Shown here: piece after piece, positions 28,301 through 37,523 of the stretch | How positions within the stretch are numbered: the stretch's first letter is position 1 | Layout of the letters: each line of letters begins with the position of its first letter | Origin: an uncultured bacterium | Lineage (GTDB): Bacteria > Zhuqueibacterota > QNDG01 > DTFT01 | NCBI GenBank assembly: GCA_963736115.1 | Contig: CAVTNR010000022.1 | Coordinates: 96,822-160,821 of the forward strand | Direction: 5' to 3' | Length of the DNA: 64,000 bases | Program-made: the position numbers and the translations under genes | Notes under the pieces: generated by a model | What the model saw: only the letters and a program-made list of their open reading frames with translations | Database searches by the model: none | Told to the model about the DNA's origin: nothing

Positions 28301-29830
28301 GATCATGAATGTGCCGTAGGTCCAGGAGTAGAACACGGCCGCGTGTGAAACGGCCAGAACGGTCGCGTAATTCTCGAGGTCCATCCGGTCGGCGGCCTGG
28401 GCGAGCATGGCGTCCGATTCAAAGGTGTTGGCGTCGAAGAAAGCGATGAGACTCCGCCATTCATCCCGCGATCCATATACCAGCTCGGTGGAATCCCACC
28501 GCGTCCGCATCATATCCAGGTCTTCGTATCCGAGATGATCCTTGACGAAGTTTTCATCCATGCTCTGCTTGAGGTCGAATATGCCGTGGTAGCCGCCGTT
28601 CAGGAACAGGGTGGAGAGCCGGTCCTGCGAAACCAGGTAACCGGTCCTCCGCCACAGCTCGGTCAGGAGCGGATCGCGTATCAATGTTCCGGAGTGCGTG
28701 TTGTCCTCGCCCGGATCCAGGCCGTCGTCGTAACCGGCCCGGAGCACGAGGTTCCTGAACGATTCCACGGAGTCGCCCGGGAAAAGCGGATGATCGAGCC
28801 TGCCGTCGCCGTACCCGTCTCTGAAGTGGATGCGATAGGACTGCTTGGCGTACGAGTCCGGACTGCTGTTGCCCTGGGTGCGCAGGCCGCCGGGCATACG
28901 GAATCCGGCCTCCCGGTCCGGAAAGTATTCGATAAAAGCGCGGCGCTCCCACATCCGGCCGTCGTGGCCCTGGTCCGTATCCGATCCCGGATGCACGTAG
29001 ATGCCGGTGTCCGGATCATACAGGTCGTTCGGGTCGATGACCAGGGACACCGCCGGGAGTGTGGAGGATTCGTTCAGAAAATAAGAGGCTGTCGCGATCG
29101 GACCTGGGAGGAATCCGGTTTTGAAACCGCGGGCCCTGAATACGCAGGTTTGGTTCACAGCCGCGGATCCGGTAACGACGGGCGAGGATTCGTCCGGGTC
29201 CTCGCCGTCCACCGTGTACCGGACGGTTTCTTCGGCCCCTCCGGGCCGGACGGTCACGTTCACGGAGCCCTGATAAAAACCGGGTGCCGTTTCAATGACC
29301 GGTTCGGCGCAGACACCCGCATACGCGGCCTGATTGTACGCGCCCGGTGTAGGCGGGCTCATGAATCCCCACGCGGATGTCCCGTCCGGATGCCGGCCCC
29401 AGGACACATCGGCTGACTGGCGGTTGTAGGTCACGGCGTCCGCGATCGAGATCCCGTCCGGCCTGATCAGAGTGACACGGCCGCCTTCTCTCGCCAGACG
29501 GAAACCGAGATGGTCCGCACCCAGGCCGGTTTCGCCGTCCGCGATCAGAATGAGAAATCCGCCTTCGGGGACGGTGGTTTCCGCCGGCCGGCCGGACGGT
29601 ATCCGCCATGCCGAGCCGAGACCCGCGTCGTTCGACAGGGACCATCCGGCAAGATCGACCGCGGCAGGTCCGGAGTTGTGGATTTCGATCCAGTCCTCAT
29701 ATCCGCCGTCCGCGTTCCTGTACGCGAGCACGTTGGAGGCGCCGAGTTCGTTGAGGAACAGGTCCGCGCGGAGAGTCCCGGTGGCGGCGAGCATGCAGAG
29801 AAAGGCAACTAAGAATCGGAGAGGACGCAT
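25358..29830 (-). CDS. Secreted lamin-tail/CotH-kinase-like/beta-helix protein with a C-terminal sorting domain
   Basis: LNE..N..DWIEIHN and INEIMYN..DWIEL lamin-tail domains; WERRAFIEYF, QGNSS and LVLRAG CotH region; FSLSQNYPNPFNP. Confidence 0.85.
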   Translation of the reverse strand: MRPLRFLVAFLCMLAATGTLRADLFLNELGASNVLAYRNADGGYEDWIEIHNSGPAAVDLAGWSLSNDAGLGSAWRIPSGRPAETTVPEGGFLILIADGETGLGADHLGFRLAREGGRVTLIRPDGISIADAVTYNRQSADVSWGRHPDGTSAWGFMSPPTPGAYNQAAYAGVCAEPVIETAPGFYQGSVNVTVRPGGAEETVRYTVDGEDPDESSPVVTGSAAVNQTCVFRARGFKTGFLPGPIATASYFLNESSTLPAVSLVIDPNDLYDPDTGIYVHPGSDTDQGHDGRMWERRAFIEYFPDREAGFRMPGGLRTQGNSSPDSYAKQSYRIHFRDGYGDGRLDHPLFPGDSVESFRNLVLRAGYDDGLDPGEDNTHSGTLIRDPLLTELWRRTGYLVSQDRLSTLFLNGGYHGIFDLKQSMDENFVKDHLGYEDLDMMRTRWDSTELVYGSRDEWRSLIAFFDANTFESDAMLAQAADRMDLENYATVLAVSHAAVFYSWTYGTFMIREKKPDARWIWTVWDGYRIYTKTNWNPFTSTYSPIEVYLRNHITDKLLQNTSFRTSCINRTADLLNTLFEPASVRAVIDSLAEVIRPEAARDAERWGTTFEAWEENVQALRDYADRQPDIVRSQIMDHFHLSGTARLDLGISGGSGRIRVNSVTPEILPWSGVYFRGVPVTLTAIPDPGFRFAGWTDPALPFAETVTWTPDGDRSASAVFVPVGPVNCQVTAPSRVLRGRRFPVVVRIRDVNWDIDPIRQAPVTVRAAGAHADTVFRISRGAGTGVLLSSAPSDFVLSVGNAAVPETRNTVSVPASWPSTDVSGTLPAGETVWEASSDRVVTSDLTVPAGSRLVIRPGTWVLIRKNVNIKIRGSLVVEGTENDPVLFVPENWSEPWGGLDFRAASGAFRWCFFVNGGGDDSKGQPSVTPSSPSYEWHTGRQHILYANGRSDLNLDHCFILNSRGKALGAHFSSVTQTNCVTSFVWHGGELHWSRLFCRDSHFMNLPNDDGIYTGDIDTDAFHIDFLDPDRPDYSVIDRCFFVTGKDDAVDQHGARLRITNCWMEGFQHEALAASGGDTVKVFNTVALNCDTGFESAWTDGGASSGPHVFVDHCVAAGNRVAGLRIGDDYASRSASEYRCTLTATNTVLHGNGDNVMNHILRSGSPIPGAMAVSWSLTNDADADGLEHNRTGIPAFDDAYFLMPGSPGYGMAADGTDMGRQDSTALTAGSLVINEIMYNAPPDADTGDWIELANPANRPRDMTGWTLRDEDDGHVYRMPSGVTIPENGTWVFCRDLAAFLRVHPGVSNCSGGIPFGFGAGDQVRLYAPSGLRADAVAYANGGAWPEAADGGGYSLELISPFLDNAAASNWARSKRRNGTPGETNRLPASAESAGPAGPAAFSLSQNYPNPFNPSASVEFTLPRPAAIRLEVFDVRGRRAAVVIDGIRMNPGVHRALLDGRGLAGGVYLYRMTAAYEDGRRDVRIRKMALIR

Positions 29831-29887
29831 GGCAGTATCCTTGTTGGGGTTGATCGCAGGAATCCGGATTCCAGACAACATCGGAGA

Positions 29888-31089
29888 CTAACGGCGGCTT
29901 TTTTCCGAGAGCGCGGCCATGGATTCGGCGAGTATTGCCACGCCCGCCGAGATGCGGTCCTCGGGCGTGTGCGAGAAGGAGAGGCGCAGGCAGTCGTCCT
30001 TCCGACCTTCGGGATCAAAGGCCCGGCCGACCACGAAAACCGCGCCGCGGGCCGCCGCGATCTCAAGCAGGGCAGTGGCGTTCATGCCCGCGGGCAGCTG
30101 CAGCCAGAGGTAGAATCCGCCTTTCGGCGCGTTCCATTTCACGCCTTCGGGCATGAGCGCCTTCAGGGCGTCGGTCATGATCCGGCAGCGGCGGGCATAG
30201 GCTTGTCGCAGGCGCTCCAGGTAGGCCGGCAGATAGCCGCCGCGGAGAAAGGCGTCTGCCAGAACCTGGGTGTAGGTCGACGAGCAGGCGTCCACACCCT
30301 GCTTGGCGAGTTCGCATTTGGCCACCACATCCTTCGGCCCGAGCAGCCAGCCCAGCCGCATGCCGGGCCCGAAAATCTTGGAGAAGGATCCCGTGTAGCA
30401 GATCGGGACCGCGGGATCCGCGGCCGCCTTCATGGGCACGGTCAGGGGTTTATCCCTTTCGTCGAAAAAGAGCTCGCCGTAAGCGTCGTCCTCGAGCAGG
30501 GGGACGTCCCGCCCTTTCAGCAGATGCATCACGGCCGCTTTGCGTTCCGCGGAGTACACGATGCCGGCCGGGTTGTGGAAATAGGGCGTGAGGTACAGGA
30601 GTTTGGGTTTCTCCTCTTCGAGCGCCCGTTCCAGATCGCGGAGCACCGGGCCGTCGCCGTCGAGCGGAACACCCCGGAGCCCGGCCTGAAAGTAGCGGAA
30701 AACAGGAATGGCGCCCACGAAGCAGGGCGTCTCGGTCACGATCACGTCTCCGGGATCGGTGAACACCTTGGCCGTGAGATGGATGGCCTGCAGGGAGCCG
30801 GCCGTGACGATCAGGCCGTTGTCCTCCACCGGCAGGCCCTTGGACCGGAGATAAGCGGACAGGGATTCGAGTAGCGGAGGATACCCGGGAGTGGGGCCGT
30901 ATTGGAAGCCGTCCTGTTTCGCGCGGAGCGGCAGTGCGGAGATTATTTCGTCCAGTTCCTCCACCGGGAACAGGCCGGGATTCGGCATGCCGCCGAAAAG
31001 GAAATGATGTCCGGATTCGATGCCGCCTTCATGAGTTCGCGTACCGCGGAGGACTGGAGGGAATCGACGGAGCGTGAGAAACGAATCAT
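29888..31089 (-). pseudogene. PLP-dependent aminotransferase class I/II (LysN/ARO8-like) with a frameshift near 30996 (real or assembly error)
   Basis: The family-typical N-terminus MIRFSRSVDSLQSSAVRELMKAASNPDIISF (ATG 31089, GAGG RBS) is out of frame with GGMPNP...QYG...FHNPAG...EDDAY...GSFSKIFGPGMRLGW. Confidence 0.8.
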
Positions 31090-31113
31090 GGAATCCTCTG
31101 GTCGGTTCATGGT

Positions 31114-31704
31114 TCAAGGAGGAATGGCTCCGGGTTCCGCAGTTTCGGATTCGGGCTTATAAAACGCAGTCGATCCGGAATCATCCCGATCGATCGGATG
31201 TCGAAATCGATGGACCTGGTAGAAGAAGCCTTTAGACCGCGTTTCTTTAAACCCAGGACTCGGAACCCGGCAACTCGGAACTTGAAGTACGGCATTTCTC
31301 ACAAGGGGCATCTCTTTGCTCTTCCGGTACGCCATCCCCTGAAACGAGGCCACGAGGTCACCGGATTGGTCGTGCACGGTGACGTCGCACACCGCGATTT
31401 TCGGATGCAGGGAAATCTCACGGGCTTCTGCCGTGAGCACATCGCCCTCAAGAGGAGCCTTCACGAAGGAAATACTGGTCTGAATGGCCACGGCCAGCCG
31501 GCCGTGTGAGTTGACGGCAGCCGCGAACGCGAAATCCGCCAGTGAAAATGTCGCGCCCCCGTGTCCGGAAGAGGCCGCGTTCAGATGCATCCGGCCGACC
31601 GTCATCCGGGCTCTGGCCGTGCCCTCTCCGATTTCGATCAATTCGAAACCCAGTGTCCGGGCCAGTTGGTCGTTGTCCTGAAAGAATTTTCTGATCTTTT
31701 CCAT
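31114..31704 (-). CDS. paaI: PaaI-family hotdog thioesterase (end uncertain, possibly near 31299)
   Basis: HLNA...HGGATFSLADFAFAAAVNS and FQGMAYRK; the tail reads through repeat DNA. Confidence 0.85.
   Translation of the reverse strand: MEKIRKFFQDNDQLARTLGFELIEIGEGTARARMTVGRMHLNAASSGHGGATFSLADFAFAAAVNSHGRLAVAIQTSISFVKAPLEGDVLTAEAREISLHPKIAVCDVTVHDQSGDLVASFQGMAYRKSKEMPLVRNAVLQVPSCRVPSPGFKETRSKGFFYQVHRFRHPIDRDDSGSTAFYKPESETAEPGAIPP
31131..31283. repeat. Heptamer-array inverted-repeat element, GGTTCCG/CGGAACY type (degenerate)
   Basis: cgggttccgcagtttcggattcggg ... aacccaggactcggaacccggcaactcggaactt. Confidence 0.6.
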
Positions 31705-31765
31705 TCCGATTTTTCCGTTCTGTGTCGTCCCTGGCGGAATAGGGATGCTTCCCCGGATGCCGTCG

Positions 31766-32785
31766 TCAGGACAGGGTCCGTTTCACCCGTTCGAGTTCCT
31801 CTTCCGTCTCCCGCACCAGCTCGTCCATCAGTGCGGCAACGCTCTGGATCCGGTCCACCAGACCCACCGACTGGCCGGCCATGAGCGAACCCTCGTCCAC
31901 GTCTCCGTCCACCACGGCGCGGCGGAGCGCGCCCACCCAGAACTCCTCGACTTTATACTGGGCGTCCTGCGGCGCCAGCCGGCCCTCGTCGATCTGACGG
32001 ATGAGGTCGAGCTGAAGCCGGCCGAACGCTTCGTGGGCCTTGTTTTTGATGGCGCGCACGGCCACCACGTGCAGACGGGAATCGTACTGCGGCGTGGCCA
32101 CGGCCTCGCGCGCCTTGGCCTTCAGAAAACGCTGCTTGAACAGGGGATGCGCGCCGCTCTCCTCGGTCACGGCGAATCGCGTAGCCATCTGCACCCCTGC
32201 CGCGCCCATGAGCAGGAGGTGGGCGGCCATCCGGCCCGAGGCGATGCCGCCGCCCGCGAAAACGGGGACTTGCGTGACGTGAAAGAGAACCTGCTGAAGG
32301 AGAACGACCAAGCTCACGTAACCGACGTGCCCGCCGGCTTCCGAACCTTCGAGAATCAGGCCGTCCGCCCCGTAAACGATCATGCGTTCCGCGATGGAAA
32401 GTTCAGACGCGAAGCACAGAACGCGTGCGCCCGTGTCCTTTGCCTTCTGCACTTCCTTCCGGCGCGGAAAGGAGCCCGCGAAAATCACGTAGGGGAGACG
32501 GAGACGCTCCACCAGTTCCAGATGCTTCGGGTATTCCGGCGCGATGGTGATGAGGTTCACGCCGAACGGCTTGGCCGTCAGCTCGCGTGTTTCCTGTATC
32601 TGCTTTTCCAGAACGGCGGCGGGCGAATTGCCGCCCGCGAGACAGCCGAACCCGCCCGCGTTGCACACCGCGGAAACGAGTTTCGCGTCGCTGACCCATG
32701 TCATGGCGCCGGCGATGAAGGGGAAGCGGACGCCCAGAAAATCACGGCCTTTCCGGAAAAAACGGTCTGAGAGGCTGTCGGACAT
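31766..32785 (-). CDS. Nitronate monooxygenase/FabK-family FMN oxidoreductase
   Basis: AGAMTWVS, PFGVNL, EGSEAGGHVG, AGGGIA, GVQMATRF and MAGQSVG. Confidence 0.9.
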   Translation of the reverse strand: MSDSLSDRFFRKGRDFLGVRFPFIAGAMTWVSDAKLVSAVCNAGGFGCLAGGNSPAAVLEKQIQETRELTAKPFGVNLITIAPEYPKHLELVERLRLPYVIFAGSFPRRKEVQKAKDTGARVLCFASELSIAERMIVYGADGLILEGSEAGGHVGYVSLVVLLQQVLFHVTQVPVFAGGGIASGRMAAHLLLMGAAGVQMATRFAVTEESGAHPLFKQRFLKAKAREAVATPQYDSRLHVVAVRAIKNKAHEAFGRLQLDLIRQIDEGRLAPQDAQYKVEEFWVGALRRAVVDGDVDEGSLMAGQSVGLVDRIQSVAALMDELVRETEEELERVKRTLS

Positions 32786-33009
32786 GGCGGATTCCTCGGG
32801 TTTATCGATGCGGAAAAACTGCGGGACTCAAGTCCGGAACCGCGGTGTCGCGCACGGTTCCAAATCCAAAAAAGTTAATAAATTAAACGGGGATATACAA
32901 TCGATTTTTATGGATCGGTCCCGCCTGAGCGCCGGTTTCGGGGGCGCAGTCGCCGCCTGCCGTATCCTGTGCCGGCGGACGCAGGGCGGATGCGGGTGCC
33001 GCCTTTCGA

Positions 33010-33038
33010 TTGACTTTTAATGTAAAACTTTATATATT
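33010..33038 (+). promoter_or_regulatory. Putative sigma70 promoter
   Basis: TTGACT-17 bp-TATATT. Confidence 0.6.
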
Positions 33039-33104
33039 AAAAAGATTACATTCTATGCTTGCCCCGTAGATTGATCCGTCGATATAGTCGAGGAGGGAAA
33101 CCCG

Positions 33105-34805
33105 ATGTCCGACCCGGTCCTGAAGCACGTCTGCCCCAGATGCAAAGGGCCTCTCAATCGTGAAGATTTCTGTCATTTATGCGGAAGGTTTGCGGAAGAG
33201 GACAGCGGGACCGGCCCGGACTCACGTAAACTTCTCGGGATCCTGGGCCTGATCGGCAAGGTCCTTGTCGCGGTCGCCAGCCTGACGGTGCTGTTCCTGA
33301 TGGTCGACAGCCGGATGACCGGCGGCCGCCTGAGCGGCTCGATTCTGAGGTTTTTTGTTCCGGCGCGGATCGTGGAACCGGCCGTGCCTCCTCCGGACGC
33401 TTCGGCCGCAGTTCCGCCGAAACCGGTCCTGTCGAACCTCAAGCGGATCCAATACCTGGAGCTGTTCCGGAACGGCCGTTTCGATGTGCTGACCGCTGAG
33501 GCGGACGCGATTCAATCCGAATTCGAGACGGATCCCGGTCAATTCGAATACGTTGTCAATGATTTTTATCACGTGTTCGACGCCCGCTACCGGAATTCCG
33601 GGGACCTCCTTGATGCGTGGGTGGACAGCGCGCCGTGGCATTACGCGCCCTATCTGGCCCGGGCCGTTCAGCATTACGGGCTGGCATGGGACGCCAGGGG
33701 CGGCCGATTCGCGTCGGAAACCTCGGAGGAGCAATTCCGCGGCCTGGAGGAACATTTCCGTTCCGCGGCGGCCGACATCGAATCCGCCCTGGCCATCCGT
33801 CCGACCCTGCTGACCGCCTACATCCTGCGGATCGGCATGCTGAACGCGATGGGAGACAACGCCGGAGAGGAGCGGGCGTTCCGGCGGGGACATTCCCTTT
33901 TCCCCGCGTCCTACAATCTCTACCACATGATCCTGTGGGCCCGGTCGCCGCGTTGGGGAGGAAGCTTTGAGGAGATGAACCGTTTCGCGCTGGAGGCCTT
34001 CGATTCGGTTCGGGTTCATCCCGGATTTTATTCCCTGTTCGGGGAGATGCTCGCAGATCAGGCCTGGCACTATTATCGGACGGAGGATTACAGCCGGGCC
34101 GAGGCGTTGTACACGCGGGCGCTCGATTACGGCGAATTCAACGAGTTCTATCTCGGCCGGTCCCGGGTTTACGAGGAACTCGGCGATTACCCGTCGGCCC
34201 TGGCGGACGCGAATGCAGCGCTGCGGATCCGGCCGGATCTGTCTACGGTCTATGACAGGCGCGCGATGGTCTATTTCAAAAGCGGGGACCTGGCAGCCGC
34301 GCTGAACGACCTCGATTACGCCGAAATGTGTTTCCCGGGGGACACCGATCTGTTTGAGACGCGGGAATACGCGGCGGATGTCCTCCGCAATCGGGGGCAC
34401 GGCGCGTTCAATGAAGACAGCTTCGCGCCCGCCATCGAATGGTACAACTGGGCGGTCAAGATGAATCCCCGGGACGCCGAAGCTTATTACTGGAGAGGCC
34501 GCGCGCACAATCAGACCGACCGGACGGACCTGACCGTACTGGATTACCGGGCGGCCATTTCATGCAATCCGCACGAGTTTAAATACGTAAAGTCGCTTGA
34601 CAACCTCCTGATGCCCCAGGGACGCTGGGAAGAAATCATCAATGCCTGGACACTGTTCCTGGACTATGAGCCGGGGAACAGCGAGGCCTATCTCGAAAGG
34701 GCCGGAGCCTATCATCACTGGGGGGAATCGGAACAATCAGCCGCGGATCTGAGGAAGGCCTGCGATCTCGGAAACGCGGAGGCCTGCAGGCGGCTGGGCC
34801 GGTGA
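33105..34805 (+). CDS. Membrane-anchored TPR protein (DUF4034-like) with an N-terminal zinc ribbon
   Basis: CPRC..CHLC, a transmembrane helix, AWDARGGRFA and SPRWGGS, several TPRs, ending ACDLGNAEAC. Confidence 0.8.
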   Translation: MSDPVLKHVCPRCKGPLNREDFCHLCGRFAEEDSGTGPDSRKLLGILGLIGKVLVAVASLTVLFLMVDSRMTGGRLSGSILRFFVPARIVEPAVPPPDASAAVPPKPVLSNLKRIQYLELFRNGRFDVLTAEADAIQSEFETDPGQFEYVVNDFYHVFDARYRNSGDLLDAWVDSAPWHYAPYLARAVQHYGLAWDARGGRFASETSEEQFRGLEEHFRSAAADIESALAIRPTLLTAYILRIGMLNAMGDNAGEERAFRRGHSLFPASYNLYHMILWARSPRWGGSFEEMNRFALEAFDSVRVHPGFYSLFGEMLADQAWHYYRTEDYSRAEALYTRALDYGEFNEFYLGRSRVYEELGDYPSALADANAALRIRPDLSTVYDRRAMVYFKSGDLAAALNDLDYAEMCFPGDTDLFETREYAADVLRNRGHGAFNEDSFAPAIEWYNWAVKMNPRDAEAYYWRGRAHNQTDRTDLTVLDYRAAISCNPHEFKYVKSLDNLLMPQGRWEEIINAWTLFLDYEPGNSEAYLERAGAYHHWGESEQSAADLRKACDLGNAEACRRLGR

Positions 34806-34810
34806 GAAGA

Positions 34811-34917
34811 GTTCATGGTTCATAGTTCATAGTTCATGGTTCATGGTTGATAGGAAAATTGAGAGGGTTGATTGTCTTTATCCTTTAACAATGAACCATG
34901 AACTATGAACTATGAAC
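34811..34917. repeat. Heptamer-array inverted-repeat element (GTTCATR)5-spacer-(NATGAAC)4
   Basis: gttcatggttcatagttcatagttcatggttcatgg ... aatgaaccatgaactatgaactatgaac. Confidence 0.9.
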
Positions 34918-35815
34918 TTTTTTTTATAAAAGTTCCGTTCCTGTATTCCTCGAACGCGGTCTTCAGTTCCTCCTGCGTGTTCATGACAATGGGGCCGTAC
35001 CAGGCCACGGGTTCGCCGATGGGCTTTCCGGCCATGACCAGAAAACGGGCCGGATTGTCCCCTGCCGATGCCCGAATTTCAGATCCTTCACCGAAAACAG
35101 CCAGGCTCCCGTCCCCGAGCAGGGCGTCCCGTTTCATGTCGAAATATCCGCTCCCCTCGGCTTCATACGCGTACGGATCGTCCTGGCCGCAGAATGCCGC
35201 GGCGCCGCCGATGACATAGGCGAAGACCGCATGCCCGGACGGAAGGGGGAAGGAGAAAGTTCCCCCGGCCGGCACGCTCACGTCCAGGTACACGGGATCG
35301 ATAACCACGTCGCGAACGGGCCCCCGCTCGCCTTCGACCGTGCCGCTGATGACGTGTACCGCCGCGTCGCCGGACCGCACTTCAGGAATGTCCGCCGCCT
35401 TGACTTCACGGTAACGGGGCTCCATCATCTTGGCCCCGGCGGGAAGATTGGCCCATAGCTGAAATCCGCCCATCCGGCCCCCCTTGCCGGCCTTCGGCAT
35501 CTCCTGGTGGACGATGCCGCTCCCCGCGGTCATCCACTGCACGTCTCCGGGTCCGATGACGCCGCTGTTGCCCAGGCTGTCCCCATGATCGACGGTTCCT
35601 TCGAGCATGTAGGTGATGGTCTCGATACCGCGGTGCGGATGCCACGGAAAACCCGCAAGGTAGCGGGCCGGGTCCCCGGACCGGAAGTCGTCGAGCAGGA
35701 GAAAGGGATCCATGCGGGGCGCTTCGGCGAAACCGAACACCCGCCTCAGGTGCACGCCCGCGCCTTCCATTGTCGGCTTGCTTTTAATGACCTTGAGGAT
35801 TTTTCGTACGGCCAT
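34910..35815 (-). CDS. Pirin family protein
   Basis: DPFLLLD, HPHRGIETITY, QWMTAGSGIVHQE, QLWANLP and GPIVMN. Confidence 0.96.
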   Translation of the reverse strand: MAVRKILKVIKSKPTMEGAGVHLRRVFGFAEAPRMDPFLLLDDFRSGDPARYLAGFPWHPHRGIETITYMLEGTVDHGDSLGNSGVIGPGDVQWMTAGSGIVHQEMPKAGKGGRMGGFQLWANLPAGAKMMEPRYREVKAADIPEVRSGDAAVHVISGTVEGERGPVRDVVIDPVYLDVSVPAGGTFSFPLPSGHAVFAYVIGGAAAFCGQDDPYAYEAEGSGYFDMKRDALLGDGSLAVFGEGSEIRASAGDNPARFLVMAGKPIGEPVAWYGPIVMNTQEELKTAFEEYRNGTFIKKSS

Positions 35816-35840
35816 GTCTGTCCCTCCTTCCTTCCTGACA

Positions 35841-35936
35841 GTTCATAGTTCATGGTTCATTGTTCATGGTTAACAAAAAAAGTGAAACCGACAAGTAACT
35901 TCTTTTTCTATGAACAATGAACTATCAACTATGAAC
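35841..35936. repeat. Heptamer-array inverted-repeat element (GTTCATN)4-spacer-(NATGAAC)4
   Basis: gttcatagttcatggttcattgttcatgg ... tatgaacaatgaactatcaactatgaac. Confidence 0.9.
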
Positions 35937-36003
35937 AATTTACGAATATCCCTCGGACAAATCAATTGTTCGTTCGGCTGACTTGAGGGGAGCCCGTGAA
36001 AAG

Positions 36004-36034
36004 AAAAAGGGAACCCCGTTTCCGGGGTTCCCTT
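36004..36034 (-). terminator. Intrinsic terminator after paaK
   Basis: aagggaaccccg-tttc-cggggttccctt with a T tract on the minus strand. Confidence 0.8.
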
Positions 36035-36052
36035 CGTCCTCTCCTCTCCCCG

Positions 36053-37366
36053 TTACAGGGGTTTCCTCAGGTCCTGCACCCGTTTCGCCTTTCCCTCGGA
36101 GCGCTCGATGGTCCTGGGCTCGACGAGCTTCACCCGGGCCGTGACGCCCAGCGCGCTCCGGATGTTGCCCCCGATCTTGTCTTCGATGGACCGCATGACC
36201 CGCATCTCGTCCGAGAAGAATTTTTCGTTCACCTCCACCTGCACCTCGAGGTCGTCGAGGGCTCCCTCGCGCGTGACGATGAGGCGGTAATGCGGCTCGG
36301 TCTCCTCCATCTCCATGAGCACGGTCTCGATCTGGCTCGGAAACACGTTCACGCCCCGGATGATGAGCATATCGTCGGTTCGGCCCGACGGTTTCGTCAT
36401 GCGCACGAAGGTCCGGCCACAGGCGCAGGGCGACTCGATCAGGCTGGTGATGTCGCGGGTCCGGTAACGGACGACGGGGATGGCCTCCTTGGTGAGCGTG
36501 GTGAGGACGAGCTCTCCGGAGCGGCCGGGAGGAAGGACGACGCCGGTGTCCGGGTCGATGATCTCGGCAATGAAGTGATCCTCGCTGACATGCATGCCCG
36601 ATTTGCATGCGCATTCCATGGAAACGCCCGGGCCCATGACCTCCGAGAGGCCGTAATTGTCGGTGGCGCTTATTTTAAGCCGCGATTCGATCTCGCGGCG
36701 CATGTTCTCGCTCCATGGCTCGGCTCCGAACAACCCCGTGCGCAGGGCCAGCTCCGAACGGGCGATGCCCTTTTCCGCGATGGCCTCGGCGAGGTACAGG
36801 GAGTAGCTGGGCGTACAGACCAGGGCGGTGGAACCGAAATCGCGCATCACCATGATCTGCCGCTGGGTGTTCCCGGAGGACACGGGAATCACAGCGGCGC
36901 CCACCCGTTCGGCCCCGTAGTGCAAACCGAACCCTCCCGTGAACAGGCCGTAGCCGAATGCGATCTGGACGATGTCCTCGGATGTGACGCCGCCCGCGGT
37001 GAGCAGGCGGGCGATGAGTTCGGCCCAGCGGTCGAGATCCCCTCGTGTGTATCCCACGACGGTCGGCCGGCCCGTGGTTCCGGAGGAGGAGTGGATGCGG
37101 ACGACCTCCTTCATCGGGACCGCGAAAAAGCCGTAGGGATAACCCGATTGGAGGTCGGCTTTCGTCGTGAAGGGGAGCTTTTGGATGTCGTCGAGGCTCC
37201 GGACGTCATCGGGGCCGATGCCGCCCCGCTTGAACAGGTCTCGGTAGAACGGCACCTTCTCGTGTACGGTGCGGATCACGGTCTGCAGGCGTTCCAGCTG
37301 GAGAGCCTGCAGGCGGCTTCGCGGCAGGGTCTCGAATTCGGGATTCCAGATCCGGTGAGGGGTCAC
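36053..37366 (-). CDS. paaK: Phenylacetate-CoA ligase family protein
   Basis: [37 protein letters not shown] and [16 protein letters not shown]; GTG start after GAGG. Confidence 0.93.
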   Translation of the reverse strand: MTPHRIWNPEFETLPRSRLQALQLERLQTVIRTVHEKVPFYRDLFKRGGIGPDDVRSLDDIQKLPFTTKADLQSGYPYGFFAVPMKEVVRIHSSSGTTGRPTVVGYTRGDLDRWAELIARLLTAGGVTSEDIVQIAFGYGLFTGGFGLHYGAERVGAAVIPVSSGNTQRQIMVMRDFGSTALVCTPSYSLYLAEAIAEKGIARSELALRTGLFGAEPWSENMRREIESRLKISATDNYGLSEVMGPGVSMECACKSGMHVSEDHFIAEIIDPDTGVVLPPGRSGELVLTTLTKEAIPVVRYRTRDITSLIESPCACGRTFVRMTKPSGRTDDMLIIRGVNVFPSQIETVLMEMEETEPHYRLIVTREGALDDLEVQVEVNEKFFSDEMRVMRSIEDKIGGNIRSALGVTARVKLVEPRTIERSEGKAKRVQDLRKPL

Positions 37367-37523
37367 GGTCGCATTTCCTCTTGTTAAACCGGACTTCCGC
37401 GATCGCGGAATCGGGACGGTTTGGAACAAAGGGTATAGGTCTCAGCAGCGGCTTGCCTTCAATCATGAAAGAATATAGTCGCTTGGTCCCGCACAGCGGG
37501 GCCGCCCGCGGCACCCCTTGGAA

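Noticed and set aside
34811-35936. Heptamer arrays as a CRISPR array
   Set aside because: Units are 7 bp, tandem and inverted; there is no repeat-spacer periodicity and no cas gene.
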